Counted from the stretch's first letter, positions 8,735-18,266 are shown. The stretch is DNA of 37,034 nt from Candidatus Hydrothermarchaeum profundi (GCA_002011125.2 MTMF02000018.1:1-37034); one strand, 5' to 3'. The notes: generated by a model not told the origin, from the sequence alone. Made by a program: numbers and translations.

Positions 8735-9450
8735 CCAACAACCACCTCCTGTTCACGTGCAATGCTTGTCTTTGTCATACCGTATATTGTTCCGTTATTT
8801 TTGTATTGAGATAAGTCATACCATGTACCTGCTGAGGTGTCTATTGTGTTACCAGTTAGCCACAGTACAATTTTGTCTTTTTTAGGTGGGTCGTATGGGT
8901 TGTTATATGCTTTTTTGATTTGAGAGTTAGATAGTATATAATCATTCCAGATAATTACTATCGCAATAAGTCCATTGAAAACATTTATAGAGTTATTAGT
9001 TGGGTTTACTCCTATTCTTAGTGGTGATGTATCAGTATACCACTCACCGATAAGTGTAAATGATTTATCTATCTCACCATTTATATATATACCGTTATTT
9101 GTTACAGTTATACACTGCCATAACATTAGTTGTACATTTGATGACGACTCATTAGCCTCGTACGAAGAGCCATCACCGTGCACAAACAGAATAGTTCCAT
9201 TGGCAGTAACACCTAACCTATAGTTTGCTGTCGGCCATGCAGATGTAGGCGATTTTACAACTATATCTCTTAGTGCATCTCCATAATATTTAGGATAAAT
9301 CCATGCCATTATAGTTATTTTATTAACTAGTCTTAAACTACTATCGTCAGATATGTTTGTATAATCGCTTGTACCATTGAAACTCCCCACATAACCACTG
9401 TAAAATGGTATCTTCTGTTCTCCGTGAACTACTCGTTTTGTCTTTATCAA
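8731..9450 (-). CDS. LamG/concanavalin A-like protein 2
   Basis: ITIMAWIYP, IYINGE, LRIG, FNGLI. Confidence 0.9.
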   Translation of the reverse strand: MIKTKRVVHGEQKIPFYSGYVGSFNGTSDYTNISDDSSLRLVNKITIMAWIYPKYYGDALRDIVVKSPTSAWPTANYRLGVTANGTILFVHGDGSSYEANESSSNVQLMLWQCITVTNNGIYINGEIDKSFTLIGEWYTDTSPLRIGVNPTNNSINVFNGLIAIVIIWNDYILSNSQIKKAYNNPYDPPKKDKIVLWLTGNTIDTSAGTWYDLSQYKNNGTIYGMTKTSIAREQEVVVG

Positions 9451-10133
9451 TATACTGTCACCTCCTCTTGACCAACTGTTTGTAATGTAGCACCGTAATT
9501 TGTACCGTGATTTCCGTTACCTGACAAATCATACCACTTTCCAGCACTTGTGTCAAATGAACCTGCGTCTAACCAGAGTACAAGTCCGTCTGTGATTGGT
9601 GTTCTATTTTTTGTAATCTTACTAACTTCTGAGTCGTTTAACTTTCTATTATATATATATACTTTAGCTATATATCCGTTAAAATACCATGTAAATCCTC
9701 CATTATTACCTATAAACATGTCATTAGCTGTTGATATTAGAGCACCATCTGCTGCTATTGTCTGTACACTACTACCGTCCACATAAAACTTACCACCGTC
9801 GTTCATATTGTATGTTAGTCCAAGGAAATGCCACTCGTTATTTGGCATGTAATATCCTGTATCATTTACTGTCCAGTAATTATTTGTATATAAAGCCCAC
9901 CATACATACCTTGTTGGACCTTTTATTAGTATCTCATAAGCAAATCCTTTTAATAGTAAAGATTCGTGAGCTGCTCCGCTAGCTCCTTTTGAATATGCAA
10001 GAACAAAAACACTCAACTCATCTGTCATACCTAAACTATTGTCGTGTGATACAGACACACGGACAGAACCACCACTAAAAGATGGGACTTGATATGGTAT
10101 TCTACGTAAATATTGTTTAGTTTCGACGTCCAA
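9447..10133 (-). CDS. LamG/concanavalin A-like protein 1
   Basis: WHFLGLTY, FYVDG, FNGYIAKVYIYNRKL, GLVLWLDA, WYDLSGNGNHGT. Confidence 0.9.
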   Translation of the reverse strand: MDVETKQYLRRIPYQVPSFSGGSVRVSVSHDNSLGMTDELSVFVLAYSKGASGAAHESLLLKGFAYEILIKGPTRYVWWALYTNNYWTVNDTGYYMPNNEWHFLGLTYNMNDGGKFYVDGSSVQTIAADGALISTANDMFIGNNGGFTWYFNGYIAKVYIYNRKLNDSEVSKITKNRTPITDGLVLWLDAGSFDTSAGKWYDLSGNGNHGTNYGATLQTVGQEEVTVY

Positions 10134-10163
10134 GTCTATTATAGCGGACAGAGTATCACCTCT

Positions 10164-10646
10164 TTACTGGATTGCTAATGTGTAGCTGTTTTCAGCACCA
10201 GCACCTGCGTTGTTAAATCTTACGTTTGAACCGTCAGAGAATACTAACCCAATACCACCTGCTGATATTAAAGTTACCCATGTAGTACCACCGTCAGTTG
10301 AATACTCAACAGTAGTATTAGCTCCACATCTTACATAGTAAACACCTTCGGATATAACCTGTGTTGAACCTGCTCCAACGTTAACAGTAGTTTCCGATGT
10401 AGCGAGAACAACTTTTATCTGTCTGTATTGTAGTGCGTCATCAGCAAGTGCATCAGCACCTCCGTAAGCATGTCTCGAAGCATGAGAAGATAGCTGTACA
10501 CCACCAGCGTCTTTTACTGAAGTAGTATCTGCTTCCAGTAGTACTGTATTCGTTGTCTCGTTAACTATCTCAACTTCACCACTTGTAGTTTCTCTTAAAG
10601 TAAATTTGTTTCCTGATGCTCCTCCGTCAAAACTTATTTCAGCCAA
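10164..10646 (-). CDS. Fibre/spike protein
   Basis: HASRHAYGGADAL motif typical of viral fibres; beta-rich. Confidence 0.6.
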   Translation of the reverse strand: MAEISFDGGASGNKFTLRETTSGEVEIVNETTNTVLLEADTTSVKDAGGVQLSSHASRHAYGGADALADDALQYRQIKVVLATSETTVNVGAGSTQVISEGVYYVRCGANTTVEYSTDGGTTWVTLISAGGIGLVFSDGSNVRFNNAGAGAENSYTLAIQ

Positions 10647-10883
10647 TTAAATCACCTCCAATTTACCTTTAACATACAAATTTCCTTGAACGTAAACATT
10701 ATCCGGTATTATTAGTTCTTCATAGGATGGTATTTCGTATGTGAAACCAGATACTATAGTTAGCGACGTTCTAAATCCTGATTGTCCTGTTACTCTTTCA
10801 GTGTATACCTTTCCAAGATTACTATTCCATATACTTTCTAATATATCTCTAATCCTGTCAAGTATGCCTCTTTGTCCTGTCAT
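10647..10883 (-). CDS. Small structural protein
   Basis: C-terminal VYVQGNLYVKGKLEV beta repeat. Confidence 0.6.
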   Translation of the reverse strand: MTGQRGILDRIRDILESIWNSNLGKVYTERVTGQSGFRTSLTIVSGFTYEIPSYEELIIPDNVYVQGNLYVKGKLEVI

Positions 10884-11194
10884 ACTCTCACCACATTAAC
10901 TATTCCTCTGTATGAAACTGATGCAGCACCTCCTAATATCCAGAAGAACGCTATTGTACCTTGGTGCGTATGTATACCTAATGGCTCTATTGTTTCGTAT
11001 GTAGATGGAGTAGATTCGTATGAAATGTACAAGTCGTCAGTGGATGATAGATTCTGTATCTTTACGTATGTCATTAGATTACCTGCTGGTGGTGTAACCG
11101 CTACAGGAACAGTGTTATTTGCTGTACCAGAAACTGGATATGGAGTACCTAGTGGTATCATGTATACCCAGTCTGTCTGACTATACATCGTCAT
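10880..11194 (-). CDS. Small beta-sandwich structural protein
   Basis: VKIQNLS...LYISY pattern. Confidence 0.6.
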   Translation of the reverse strand: MTMYSQTDWVYMIPLGTPYPVSGTANNTVPVAVTPPAGNLMTYVKIQNLSSTDDLYISYESTPSTYETIEPLGIHTHQGTIAFFWILGGAASVSYRGIVNVVRV

Positions 11195-11757
11195 ACTGGA
11201 ACACCTCCGTATATTGATATACCACCGACACGTATACCTGTATCTTCATATAACTGCTTTATACTGTCCTTGAACATTTCCTCGTCATCTATTAGTATCA
11301 TAGCCAATGCATAGCCATATACATACGCACTACTGCTGCTTGAAGTTGGTCTTAGCCTTGCTGATATTACCCATTTACTTTTAAATGGTATTGGATACGC
11401 CGGAGAATACACTAATGAATAGTAGTCACTCACTGTACCACTCTGAGTTTCAAATGAGTTTATGTAAGAAGCTACCCATACAGCAAAGTTATTCGGATTA
11501 GTACCTATAGAACTGTTTACAGAGTACGGTGAAAACGTTGTTTCGTTACCATCTATTTCAAAAATTATGTCGAGGTATTTGTCGCTGACAACACCAGTAC
11601 CTCCTAGTACCCATCCCTTACCTTCATCGCTTTTAAGTATCTCTGTTCTATCTGATTTATTTATTGTTTTACCGACATAGCCTTCGTCTATATAATCAAA
11701 TACTTCTGCGTGATACTTCCATCCTTCTAACAGTGGTAGCATTTCAAACAAGTTCAT
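11191..11757 (-). CDS. Jelly-roll-like structural protein
   Basis: Beta-rich; start likely MNLFEM coupled to upstream stop. Confidence 0.5.
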   Translation of the reverse strand: MNLFEMLPLLEGWKYHAEVFDYIDEGYVGKTINKSDRTEILKSDEGKGWVLGGTGVVSDKYLDIIFEIDGNETTFSPYSVNSSIGTNPNNFAVWVASYINSFETQSGTVSDYYSLVYSPAYPIPFKSKWVISARLRPTSSSSSAYVYGYALAMILIDDEEMFKDSIKQLYEDTGIRVGGISIYGGVPV

Positions 11758-11978
11758 AGTTCCACCCAAATACCAACTACAGCGTTCTTTATCTTTCTTG
11801 CTAGTGCATCATTAAATTTTGTACGGTCACTTACTGAAACAGCGCCTTTATCTATCTTTATGCCGTCGTTTTCAGTGACATCCACCGTAAAGTATGTCTC
11901 ATCAGGACCTCTAATTACCAACCTAGCCATACTTTTATCTGTTGCTATAGCGTATCCTACGACTTGATACTTAGTCAT
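11754..11978 (-). CDS. Hypothetical protein (structural block)
   Basis: Operon packing. Confidence 0.65.
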   Translation of the reverse strand: MTKYQVVGYAIATDKSMARLVIRGPDETYFTVDVTENDGIKIDKGAVSVSDRTKFNDALARKIKNAVVGIWVEL

Positions 11979-11983
11979 TTACA

Positions 11984-12310
11984 TCACTGCTCGTAACCAC
12001 CTATTGTTATACTTGAACCGTTTGTGTATGAACTTACCTGAGCAACTACAGAGGTAGCAAACTCAGGACCATTTCTTATGTCAGTAATAGCTTTCGTATC
12101 AGTAGCTGGTACCTGAACAACCAGCATTTTTGTTCCTGTAGCACTAGCACCATCCCATATAGTTACTGTAACTGCAGAACCTTCTTTATTAGCAACGATT
12201 ATATCAGTTAATCTGAACGTCCTACCTGTACTTACCGTATAAACTGTCTTATCGGTATTAGCTGCTGTGAAGTCAGCTTCGGCAGATTTAGGAGCACCAT
12301 CTCTCTTCAT
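11984..12310 (-). CDS. Small beta-sandwich structural protein
   Basis: TVYTV..G.TFRLTDIIVAN pattern. Confidence 0.65.
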   Translation of the reverse strand: MKRDGAPKSAEADFTAANTDKTVYTVSTGRTFRLTDIIVANKEGSAVTVTIWDGASATGTKMLVVQVPATDTKAITDIRNGPEFATSVVAQVSSYTNGSSITIGGYEQ

Positions 12311-12831
12311 TATTGAATCACCCCTATTGGTATGTTAGTATATTTACCCGGTTTTGAGTCAAGTTTATTTAATTTGAACTTGTACCCAAATACCACTACT
12401 CTATTTCTACTTATCGATGACTGAGTTGGGTTGTATATATCTACATATACCTTCTCATCCCTATATGTATAGAATTCTGTACTCTTCAGTGTTTCATCTA
12501 TGAGTTCCGTCATCAATGATACGTTAACAGGTACACCGTACTTAAGAGAACCCCTCTTAAGCTCTTTACCTAGCTGAGCCAATCTGACTTCAATGTCATC
12601 AAGTACTTTCATACGCCATTGAGCCATTTCACTGTCCTGTACATAGACTTCCTGAAACTCGTTACCCCTTGACCAGCTTTCTGACGATATTGTAACTGCA
12701 AAATCCTTTATAATATATCCTACAGGCTCTACATGCGTTACTTCAAAATACCCGTATGTTTTTGTTGAGTCGAATATTCTTACGTTCATTTCAGGCTGAA
12801 CTACCGGTTCAAAGTCTTTCATAAAAGGCAT
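12310..12831 (-). CDS. Candidate second capsid/penton protein (jelly-roll-like)
   Basis: Strong GGAGGTG SD, beta-rich, DIYNPT...VVVFGYKF; begins MPFMK. Confidence 0.45.
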   Translation of the reverse strand: MPFMKDFEPVVQPEMNVRIFDSTKTYGYFEVTHVEPVGYIIKDFAVTISSESWSRGNEFQEVYVQDSEMAQWRMKVLDDIEVRLAQLGKELKRGSLKYGVPVNVSLMTELIDETLKSTEFYTYRDEKVYVDIYNPTQSSISRNRVVVFGYKFKLNKLDSKPGKYTNIPIGVIQ

Positions 12832-12851
12832 AGTCCACCTCCTTTAATTAT

Positions 12852-12893
12852 TTTAAAAGAAAAGTTTTTTACCCTTTCTATCTGTCTCGGGTA
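12852..12893 (-). terminator. Possible terminator after capsid gene cluster
   Basis: TACCC/GGGTA stem followed by TTTTCTTTT on minus strand. Confidence 0.35.
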
Positions 12894-12909
12894 CATTCAC
12901 AACACCTAA

Positions 12910-13146
12910 CTATTCAACTATCTCAACGTCCTCTTTACTCTCAAGTGACTTGATTGGTTTACTGGAATCTACCAGCACGTAGCCCTCAGTAACAACGTAT
13001 GTTAGTATAGGGTCAACTTTACCAGTCTTTTTGTCAACGTTTATCTTAAACTTGTACTTTGGTTTCATTGGGTCATCCTGAGTACCTGAACCAACTGTTG
13101 GTACTTTGTATACAGGCAACTCTATCACCTCAGTATCCAATCGCAA
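12910..13146 (-). CDS. Small protein with GxGTxDDP motif (start uncertain)
   Basis: VGSGTQDDPMKP. Confidence 0.6.
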   Translation of the reverse strand: MRLDTEVIELPVYKVPTVGSGTQDDPMKPKYKFKINVDKKTGKVDPILTYVVTEGYVLVDSSKPIKSLESKEDVEIVE

Positions 13147-13417
13147 TTACTGTAACGTTCTTTGCACTACTTTCAACTGAGTTAGCAGCTGAAGCGTGGT
13201 TAGTTACAACCACCGATACAGTTCCGCTGCTAATTGAAGTTATAGCAGCACTGTTTGTTGGTAAAGAAGTACCGGAGTTTATCACAGTTGCAACTGCATA
13301 ACTTACAGTAGAAAGTCCAGTTGTAACGTTACCAGTCCCTGTAATCGACGTAGTTGTACAAGAAAGCTTGTAAGTTCCTCGTCCTAAAGTCCTTGGCAGA
13401 TTCGCTATCACAGCCAT
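13130..13417 (-). CDS. Small Ser/Thr-rich capsid-associated protein
   Basis: Directly after candidate MCP; beta-rich, ends VIAIGY. Confidence 0.6.
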   Translation of the reverse strand: MAVIANLPRTLGRGTYKLSCTTTSITGTGNVTTGLSTVSYAVATVINSGTSLPTNSAAITSISSGTVSVVVTNHASAANSVESSAKNVTVIAIGY

Positions 13418-13430
13418 TGCACATCACTCC

Positions 13431-14048
13431 TTAAGGACTAGCAGCAATAGTTTCACCGACTTTCTCGCCGATTAGAGCAAATAGTCCAACAAACTTGTCA
13501 GCAGAAGTCTTGAAATTCATTTCAATTTCAATCTTGTCGTTCTGACCGTAGATTATTGCGTATGGCTTGTATGTACCATCCTCTGGGTCATACCTAAATG
13601 CCATTCCTCCAATTTCATCACTGTAAGCGTAGCATTGTTCGACTTCCCAGAAGTCAAGAACTCCAGAGTCACCCCTCTTGAACCTAATCGCAGTCAGGTC
13701 AGAACCTCCGGGAGTCAGGTCGAAGAATCCGAAGAATCCAATAACCTTGTTGTCTGGTACAGTCTCTCCAGCAGTAAGTATCGAGGACAAATCACCTGCA
13801 GTTATGTCGCTGGAATCCTCAGCCCAAAACTCCTGACCAGTTGTTTGTGCAGTTTTGAAAGTTATATCAACGAAGTCAGTAACGTTACTTGCAGTTGGGT
13901 CACCCGGTACCAAGTCTCTTACAACAGCCTCACTGTAGTTTTTAATTATACCACTGTCTTTCATCTTTTCAAGTATAAGCCTCTCACATTCCTGTCTAGC
14001 ATTAAGTTTATATTCCCTTGGCAATTCAGCAAGTGGTACTATAGGCAT
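13431..14048 (-). CDS. Candidate major capsid protein (single jelly-roll-like)
   Basis: 205 aa, N-terminal helix then alternating beta strands, GGAGGTGA SD, near head of late operon; fold is inference. Confidence 0.5.
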   Translation of the reverse strand: MPIVPLAELPREYKLNARQECERLILEKMKDSGIIKNYSEAVVRDLVPGDPTASNVTDFVDITFKTAQTTGQEFWAEDSSDITAGDLSSILTAGETVPDNKVIGFFGFFDLTPGGSDLTAIRFKRGDSGVLDFWEVEQCYAYSDEIGGMAFRYDPEDGTYKPYAIIYGQNDKIEIEMNFKTSADKFVGLFALIGEKVGETIAASP

Positions 14049-14054
14049 TCACAA

Positions 14055-14471
14055 TCACCTCCCAACACTTTTACCTCTCAATGGTAGTCTTTTTCCAATG
14101 CCAGTACTAACCTGACTCTGTACCTTGACAGTCGGTTCTCTTATAATTCTGACTCCACCAACAACCTGACCTAGCTTTTCGTCAGCAAAGTCAGCTATTG
14201 GCATAGCTGCTATAGTAGCGGTAGCAAGTCCACCATATCCGAGTATTTCGGACATAGCACCAGTAGTCTTTTCAGAAGCGTAGTTAGCGAGTGCACTGCC
14301 ACCAAAACCTATACCAAGCTGTATAAGTCTCTGATTCCTCAAATCAGGTGTAACCTTCGAAACAATCGCTGGTAATCTCCTTCCAGCCATGATACCTAAA
14401 GTTATAGCCAGTGCCTCCTTGATGTTAGTATAAGAAATAACTGAATTTATGGTCCTTTTTATGTCAACCAT
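14055..14471 (-). CDS. Virion membrane protein
   Basis: Three Gly/Ala-rich hydrophobic segments, basic tail, precedes candidate MCP. Confidence 0.6.
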   Translation of the reverse strand: MVDIKRTINSVISYTNIKEALAITLGIMAGRRLPAIVSKVTPDLRNQRLIQLGIGFGGSALANYASEKTTGAMSEILGYGGLATATIAAMPIADFADEKLGQVVGGVRIIREPTVKVQSQVSTGIGKRLPLRGKSVGR

Positions 14472-14482
14472 TGGTAGTCACC

Positions 14483-14926
14483 TCAGTATACAGTAGGCAT
14501 CAACTTTGCAGCAGCTACTATCTCTTTAGCCTCTGGCTTAGTCATCAATCCATAGTAGTGAGACGCACTTGCAACTATTTCAGCAATAGTCTTTTCAAGT
14601 CCCTGCTTTGCAGATTTTGTTGGCATTATACCATAACTTCCGTCTAAGTATCTAACAAGAGACACTCCGTAAGTATTTGCATGTTCCTTTGAAATCTTTA
14701 TAGCGTTCTTAAGACCAGATGCTAATGTACCTTTATCTCCTTTATAGTTTTCAGCAATCTTCCAGAATTCGTCTCCCTTTATACCCTTCCAAGGCGCTGC
14801 TTTCCTAATGTAAGTCCTCAACCCAAATCTACCGAATGGGTTGTATGAAACACTGTAGTCTTTGCTAGCCGCTATCTCCATTAATTCTTTAATGGAGAAT
14901 TCTCTTACATTCACAAATAGAGACAC
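14483..14926 (-). CDS. Basic protein, possible DNA-condensing core protein
   Basis: GTG start after GGAGGTG SD; first gene of late operon; Lys/Ala-rich. Confidence 0.5.
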   Translation of the reverse strand: MSLFVNVREFSIKELMEIAASKDYSVSYNPFGRFGLRTYIRKAAPWKGIKGDEFWKIAENYKGDKGTLASGLKNAIKISKEHANTYGVSLVRYLDGSYGIMPTKSAKQGLEKTIAEIVASASHYYGLMTKPEAKEIVAAAKLMPTVY

Positions 14927-14961
14927 TCTCAGACCACCTCCGAACAAATATATGAAAATAG

Positions 14962-15020
14962 AGATATATATAACTTTCTCTCGATTGATATACATCTATG
15001 TATATGATATATATATCAAT
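14962..15020 (-). promoter_or_regulatory. Late promoter with palindromic operator
   Basis: GAAAG-TTATATATA BRE/TATA; TGATATACAT-ct-ATGTATATGA at 14986-15007. Confidence 0.6.
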
Positions 15021-15609
15021 CTTTCTTTTTATATTTCTCATTTATATAATCTACTATATCTAAAGGATTTACACCATATACATTTATAAGTGTATCTATT
15101 AATGACCTCATTTTTTCTACAGACGATTGCTGTTTAAGTGCATATATACGTATAGCTGCTACTGTATACAAAACTCTTATTCCATCTATATTAGGATTAC
15201 CATCTTTTTCATGATAAGTTATAGCACTAAGTAACTCACTACATATACCATAATCATTACGTATAGTTATAATAGATTTAAGTATTTTATCAAACCTACT
15301 ACCATATTTACCAGTAGTATCACCTGTAATCTTAAAATCATATCTATTTAATAAATCATTATACCCAAACTGAAAGTCACCAAAATCAGCAAGTTTTATT
15401 ATACCAGCAGAAATTAAAATAGTTAACGGCTTTATATAATATATATTTTTATACCTATAATATAGTGAACATAACAAACATGGAGCGTTTTTTCTATAAG
15501 CTTTATTAAGCAACAAAGCATTAAGCCCATCTCTATCTACAATATATTCCATCTCTCCAGATATTGGATATAGTATATCAAAAGCTGTTATTTCCTGTTC
15601 TTCCACCAT
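15016..15609 (-). CDS. Hypothetical protein
   Basis: GAGGTGA SD, 197 aa, AT-rich. Confidence 0.75.
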   Translation of the reverse strand: MVEEQEITAFDILYPISGEMEYIVDRDGLNALLLNKAYRKNAPCLLCSLYYRYKNIYYIKPLTILISAGIIKLADFGDFQFGYNDLLNRYDFKITGDTTGKYGSRFDKILKSIITIRNDYGICSELLSAITYHEKDGNPNIDGIRVLYTVAAIRIYALKQQSSVEKMRSLIDTLINVYGVNPLDIVDYINEKYKKKD

Positions 15610-16067
15610 TCGTTAATCACCTCAACTATACTATCAATAAAGTCTTTATCTATACCCTTAAAATGCTTATTAATATCTCTTAAAGCTTTCTCAGTATCGT
15701 TATAATAATTAGCAAGTTTCTCTACTAAAAATAACCTAAACGATATATAGTTAGTAAACACTGCACCTAAATTAAAAGAAAACCTACCAATATTTTCATC
15801 ATGTAAGTCATTAAAACCTTTTGGTATATCACGAATACCTTTACGTGCTATATTAACAACTTCTCTTATCCATGTACTAGGATTATCTATTTCAGGTATA
15901 CTGCTTTCTATATCTTTAGACTTACGAGTTCTTCTCTTTTTACGTGGTTTTTTTGTTATAGTACTAACATCTAATTTACCTTTAGTATCATCAGACTCAT
16001 CAATCTTTAAATCTTTATTATCGTCAATGATTTTCTGCTTATTTTTAAACTTACTTAGTACACCCAT
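15588..16067 (-). CDS. Hypothetical protein with basic patch
   Basis: GGTGA SD; KKPRKKRRTRK. Confidence 0.75.
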   Translation of the reverse strand: MGVLSKFKNKQKIIDDNKDLKIDESDDTKGKLDVSTITKKPRKKRRTRKSKDIESSIPEIDNPSTWIREVVNIARKGIRDIPKGFNDLHDENIGRFSFNLGAVFTNYISFRLFLVEKLANYYNDTEKALRDINKHFKGIDKDFIDSIVEVINEWWKNRK

Positions 16068-16077
16068 ATAATCACCG

Positions 16078-16536
16078 TTATATGACCTTATTTATTATTG
16101 CTATCAAGTCTTCAGCTGTAAGCTCTTTTTTCCTTAATTCCTCTACACTTTTCTTAAACTCACTAACACTCTTTATAGCGTTAGTATACTCAGTCAGCTT
16201 TGCAACCGACTTTGGTTCTTTTTTAATGAGACCATCAATCTTTTCAAGTACTCTTGTCGCCTGTTCAGCAACAGAAATAACATCCTCTGGTCCTCCACCG
16301 GTACTGATTACATAATGTGCCATGCATTTAACTGCAAACTCTGGTACAGTTATACCGTAGCTAGCACATACAGAATCTAATGCCTCTATAGGGTCTACCG
16401 ACATCCTAGGAGCTCTCTTTTTTGTAACTTCTTTATTCAGTGCTTCTTCTACAACACTAAGTATGTCTTCTTTAGTTACTGTCTCCTTTTTTCCATCATC
16501 CTTCTTAAAAAACCTACTCAGTATTGGTATCTTCAT
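16078..16536 (-). CDS. Helical/coiled-coil protein
   Basis: GAGGTG SD, heptads. Confidence 0.75.
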   Translation of the reverse strand: MKIPILSRFFKKDDGKKETVTKEDILSVVEEALNKEVTKKRAPRMSVDPIEALDSVCASYGITVPEFAVKCMAHYVISTGGGPEDVISVAEQATRVLEKIDGLIKKEPKSVAKLTEYTNAIKSVSEFKKSVEELRKKELTAEDLIAIINKVI

Positions 16537-16921
16537 CCTTTACCACCTCTATAGTTAATATACCGTTACTTATATATACATCTATACTACTTTTATCTAC
16601 CCTACCTACATTATATTTATCAACGTTATCATCGTATTTAACGTATATAACACCTTCAGACTCCCTATAAATCACCTCTGGTTCAGTATCTATTCCCACT
16701 TCCTGTATTATCTTTATCTTGTTTCCCTCGTATATCATCTCCTTCATCGGCTTCTTCTCTGGTGCTATCGTCGGAAACTTCAACATTTTCGAGTTCTTCA
16801 TATTCTTCAGTATCTCCGTCTCCTTCGCTATCTTCCACAACTTGTCCGCCTCCGACATTATCACTCCCATCGTCTCCATGTACTCCTTCACTCTCTCCGG
16901 TAGAGACTTCTTCTTGGTCAA
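16514..16921 (-). CDS. Protein with Hsp20/alpha-crystallin-like C-terminus
   Basis: TTG start after GGAGGTGA; VDKSSIDVYISNGILTIEV. Confidence 0.55.
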   Translation of the reverse strand: MTKKKSLPERVKEYMETMGVIMSEADKLWKIAKETEILKNMKNSKMLKFPTIAPEKKPMKEMIYEGNKIKIIQEVGIDTEPEVIYRESEGVIYVKYDDNVDKYNVGRVDKSSIDVYISNGILTIEVVKDEDTNTE

Positions 16922-17459
16922 TATGTTTCACCTCCTCAGCAGCTTTAACTCTATCTTCTAATTCTGCTCTAACCTCATTAAGTAAAACAACCAACTCATC
17001 AGTCGATATTTCAGATAAATTTAAAGTAGGTGGCTCATTACCCTTTTGCTCAGCAATTTTATCAATCGGACTTTTAGTACTATCTACAATATTTTTTAGT
17101 AAACTTACAACAAGACTATCTAATTCTTTATCTATACCAGATTCGTCACCACGAAGTGCATCCCTAACCTCTTTTAGCTCTGTAACAATATCTTTAAGAC
17201 TTCTCTTGTTTCTCATAGCATGTACGTTCAACCTACTTTCGAGTATCTCTTCCATAAGCGGTGAAACGTCTGACTCAGAAACCTCTTTTAGAAGTCTATA
17301 AGCATACAATCCCATAACTGTAGATGGCTCTTCACCGTTCTCCTTACACATTTGAACAAAAACCTTATACATCGGTAGATTTTTCATCTTACCTACTTCA
17401 ACTAGTCTTTCACCAGCTGTTGCTATTAGCATTCCATCTTCGTAGTCCATATCACTCAC
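16683..17459 (-). CDS. Helical protein with acidic tail overlapping next gene
   Basis: 258 aa; last ~80 codons overlap 16514..16921. Confidence 0.7.
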   Translation of the reverse strand: MSDMDYEDGMLIATAGERLVEVGKMKNLPMYKVFVQMCKENGEEPSTVMGLYAYRLLKEVSESDVSPLMEEILESRLNVHAMRNKRSLKDIVTELKEVRDALRGDESGIDKELDSLVVSLLKNIVDSTKSPIDKIAEQKGNEPPTLNLSEISTDELVVLLNEVRAELEDRVKAAEEVKHIDQEEVSTGESEGVHGDDGSDNVGGGQVVEDSEGDGDTEEYEELENVEVSDDSTREEADEGDDIRGKQDKDNTGSGNRY

Positions 17460-17663
17460 CTACCTATAACTGCAGTTTGAATATACAACATAATCCTCAT
17501 CTGTAAACGTACGCGTTGAAGCAGTTTGTGATTCCCACCGCTTCCAAGGTGTTATAGGGTCGACAATCCTAGGCCTGTAATAGTCTCTCTTCTCGTTATT
17601 AGCACACCTACCACATTTAATCGGGTAGCTAGTACACACATCTTTATACCTACACTTTACCAT
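17460..17663 (-). CDS. Small Cys-rich protein
   Basis: C..C..CGRC; GGTGA SD. Confidence 0.65.
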   Translation of the reverse strand: MVKCRYKDVCTSYPIKCGRCANNEKRDYYRPRIVDPITPWKRWESQTASTRTFTDEDYVVYSNCSYR

Positions 17664-17668
17664 TTATA

Positions 17669-17860
17669 TCACCCCATACTAGATATACTTATTGTCACAT
17701 ACGGTACAGGTTTTATCTCACCTGCACTACGACCACACCAAGGACATTTCTTAACCCCGATGGTCATTGGAGCAGTCATACTATATTGACAATAATCCAC
17801 GTCAAACTGGTCAAATTCTCCTCCACAACTTGGACACTTATACCTTGCCATCTTCATCAC
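17669..17860 (-). CDS. Zinc-ribbon protein
   Basis: CPSCGGEF...CPWCG. Confidence 0.75.
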   Translation of the reverse strand: MMKMARYKCPSCGGEFDQFDVDYCQYSMTAPMTIGVKKCPWCGRSAGEIKPVPYVTISISSMG

Positions 17861-18108
17861 CTCTCAACTTTTATATCTAAACGTTTTCTCATGACACCAG
17901 CCATACCTAAACCTCTCCTTGCTGCTCGTTCAATCTTACTTAAATCTTCTCTTGAGTTTGCCTTTATTTTCAAAACAACACTATTATCAAGCTTTATTAC
18001 CTCAACTTCTGTAACACCATACTCATCTCTCATCGTTGTACCTATCCACTGCATTATTCTATCCAGACCAACTAAATTAGCAAGACCTCTAATCATATCC
18101 CCTGCCAT
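17857..18108 (-). CDS. Hypothetical protein
   Basis: Operon packing. Confidence 0.7.
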   Translation of the reverse strand: MAGDMIRGLANLVGLDRIMQWIGTTMRDEYGVTEVEVIKLDNSVVLKIKANSREDLSKIERAARRGLGMAGVMRKRLDIKVER

Positions 18109-18227
18109 TTTTCCATCTCCTCATCAAGTTTTTTCCTTACAAATCTACTTAAGTTAATCGACCTATCAAGTATAAACTTTTCATGCTTCTTTTCGATTAA
18201 CACGCTTTTTTGTATCAGCCTTTTCAC
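18093..18227 (-). CDS. Ribbon-helix-helix DNA-binding protein
   Basis: QKSVLI...SINLSRFVRKKLDE; probable leaderless GTG (or ATG 18236). Confidence 0.75.
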   Translation of the reverse strand: MKRLIQKSVLIEKKHEKFILDRSINLSRFVRKKLDEEMEKWQGI

Positions 18228-18266
18228 ACTATACATGTATGTATAACATATATATATATGTTTCTC
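18228..18266 (-). promoter_or_regulatory. Promoter with TATACAT-N2-ATGTATA operator
   Basis: GAAAC-ATATATATA then palindrome 18230-18245. Confidence 0.55.
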
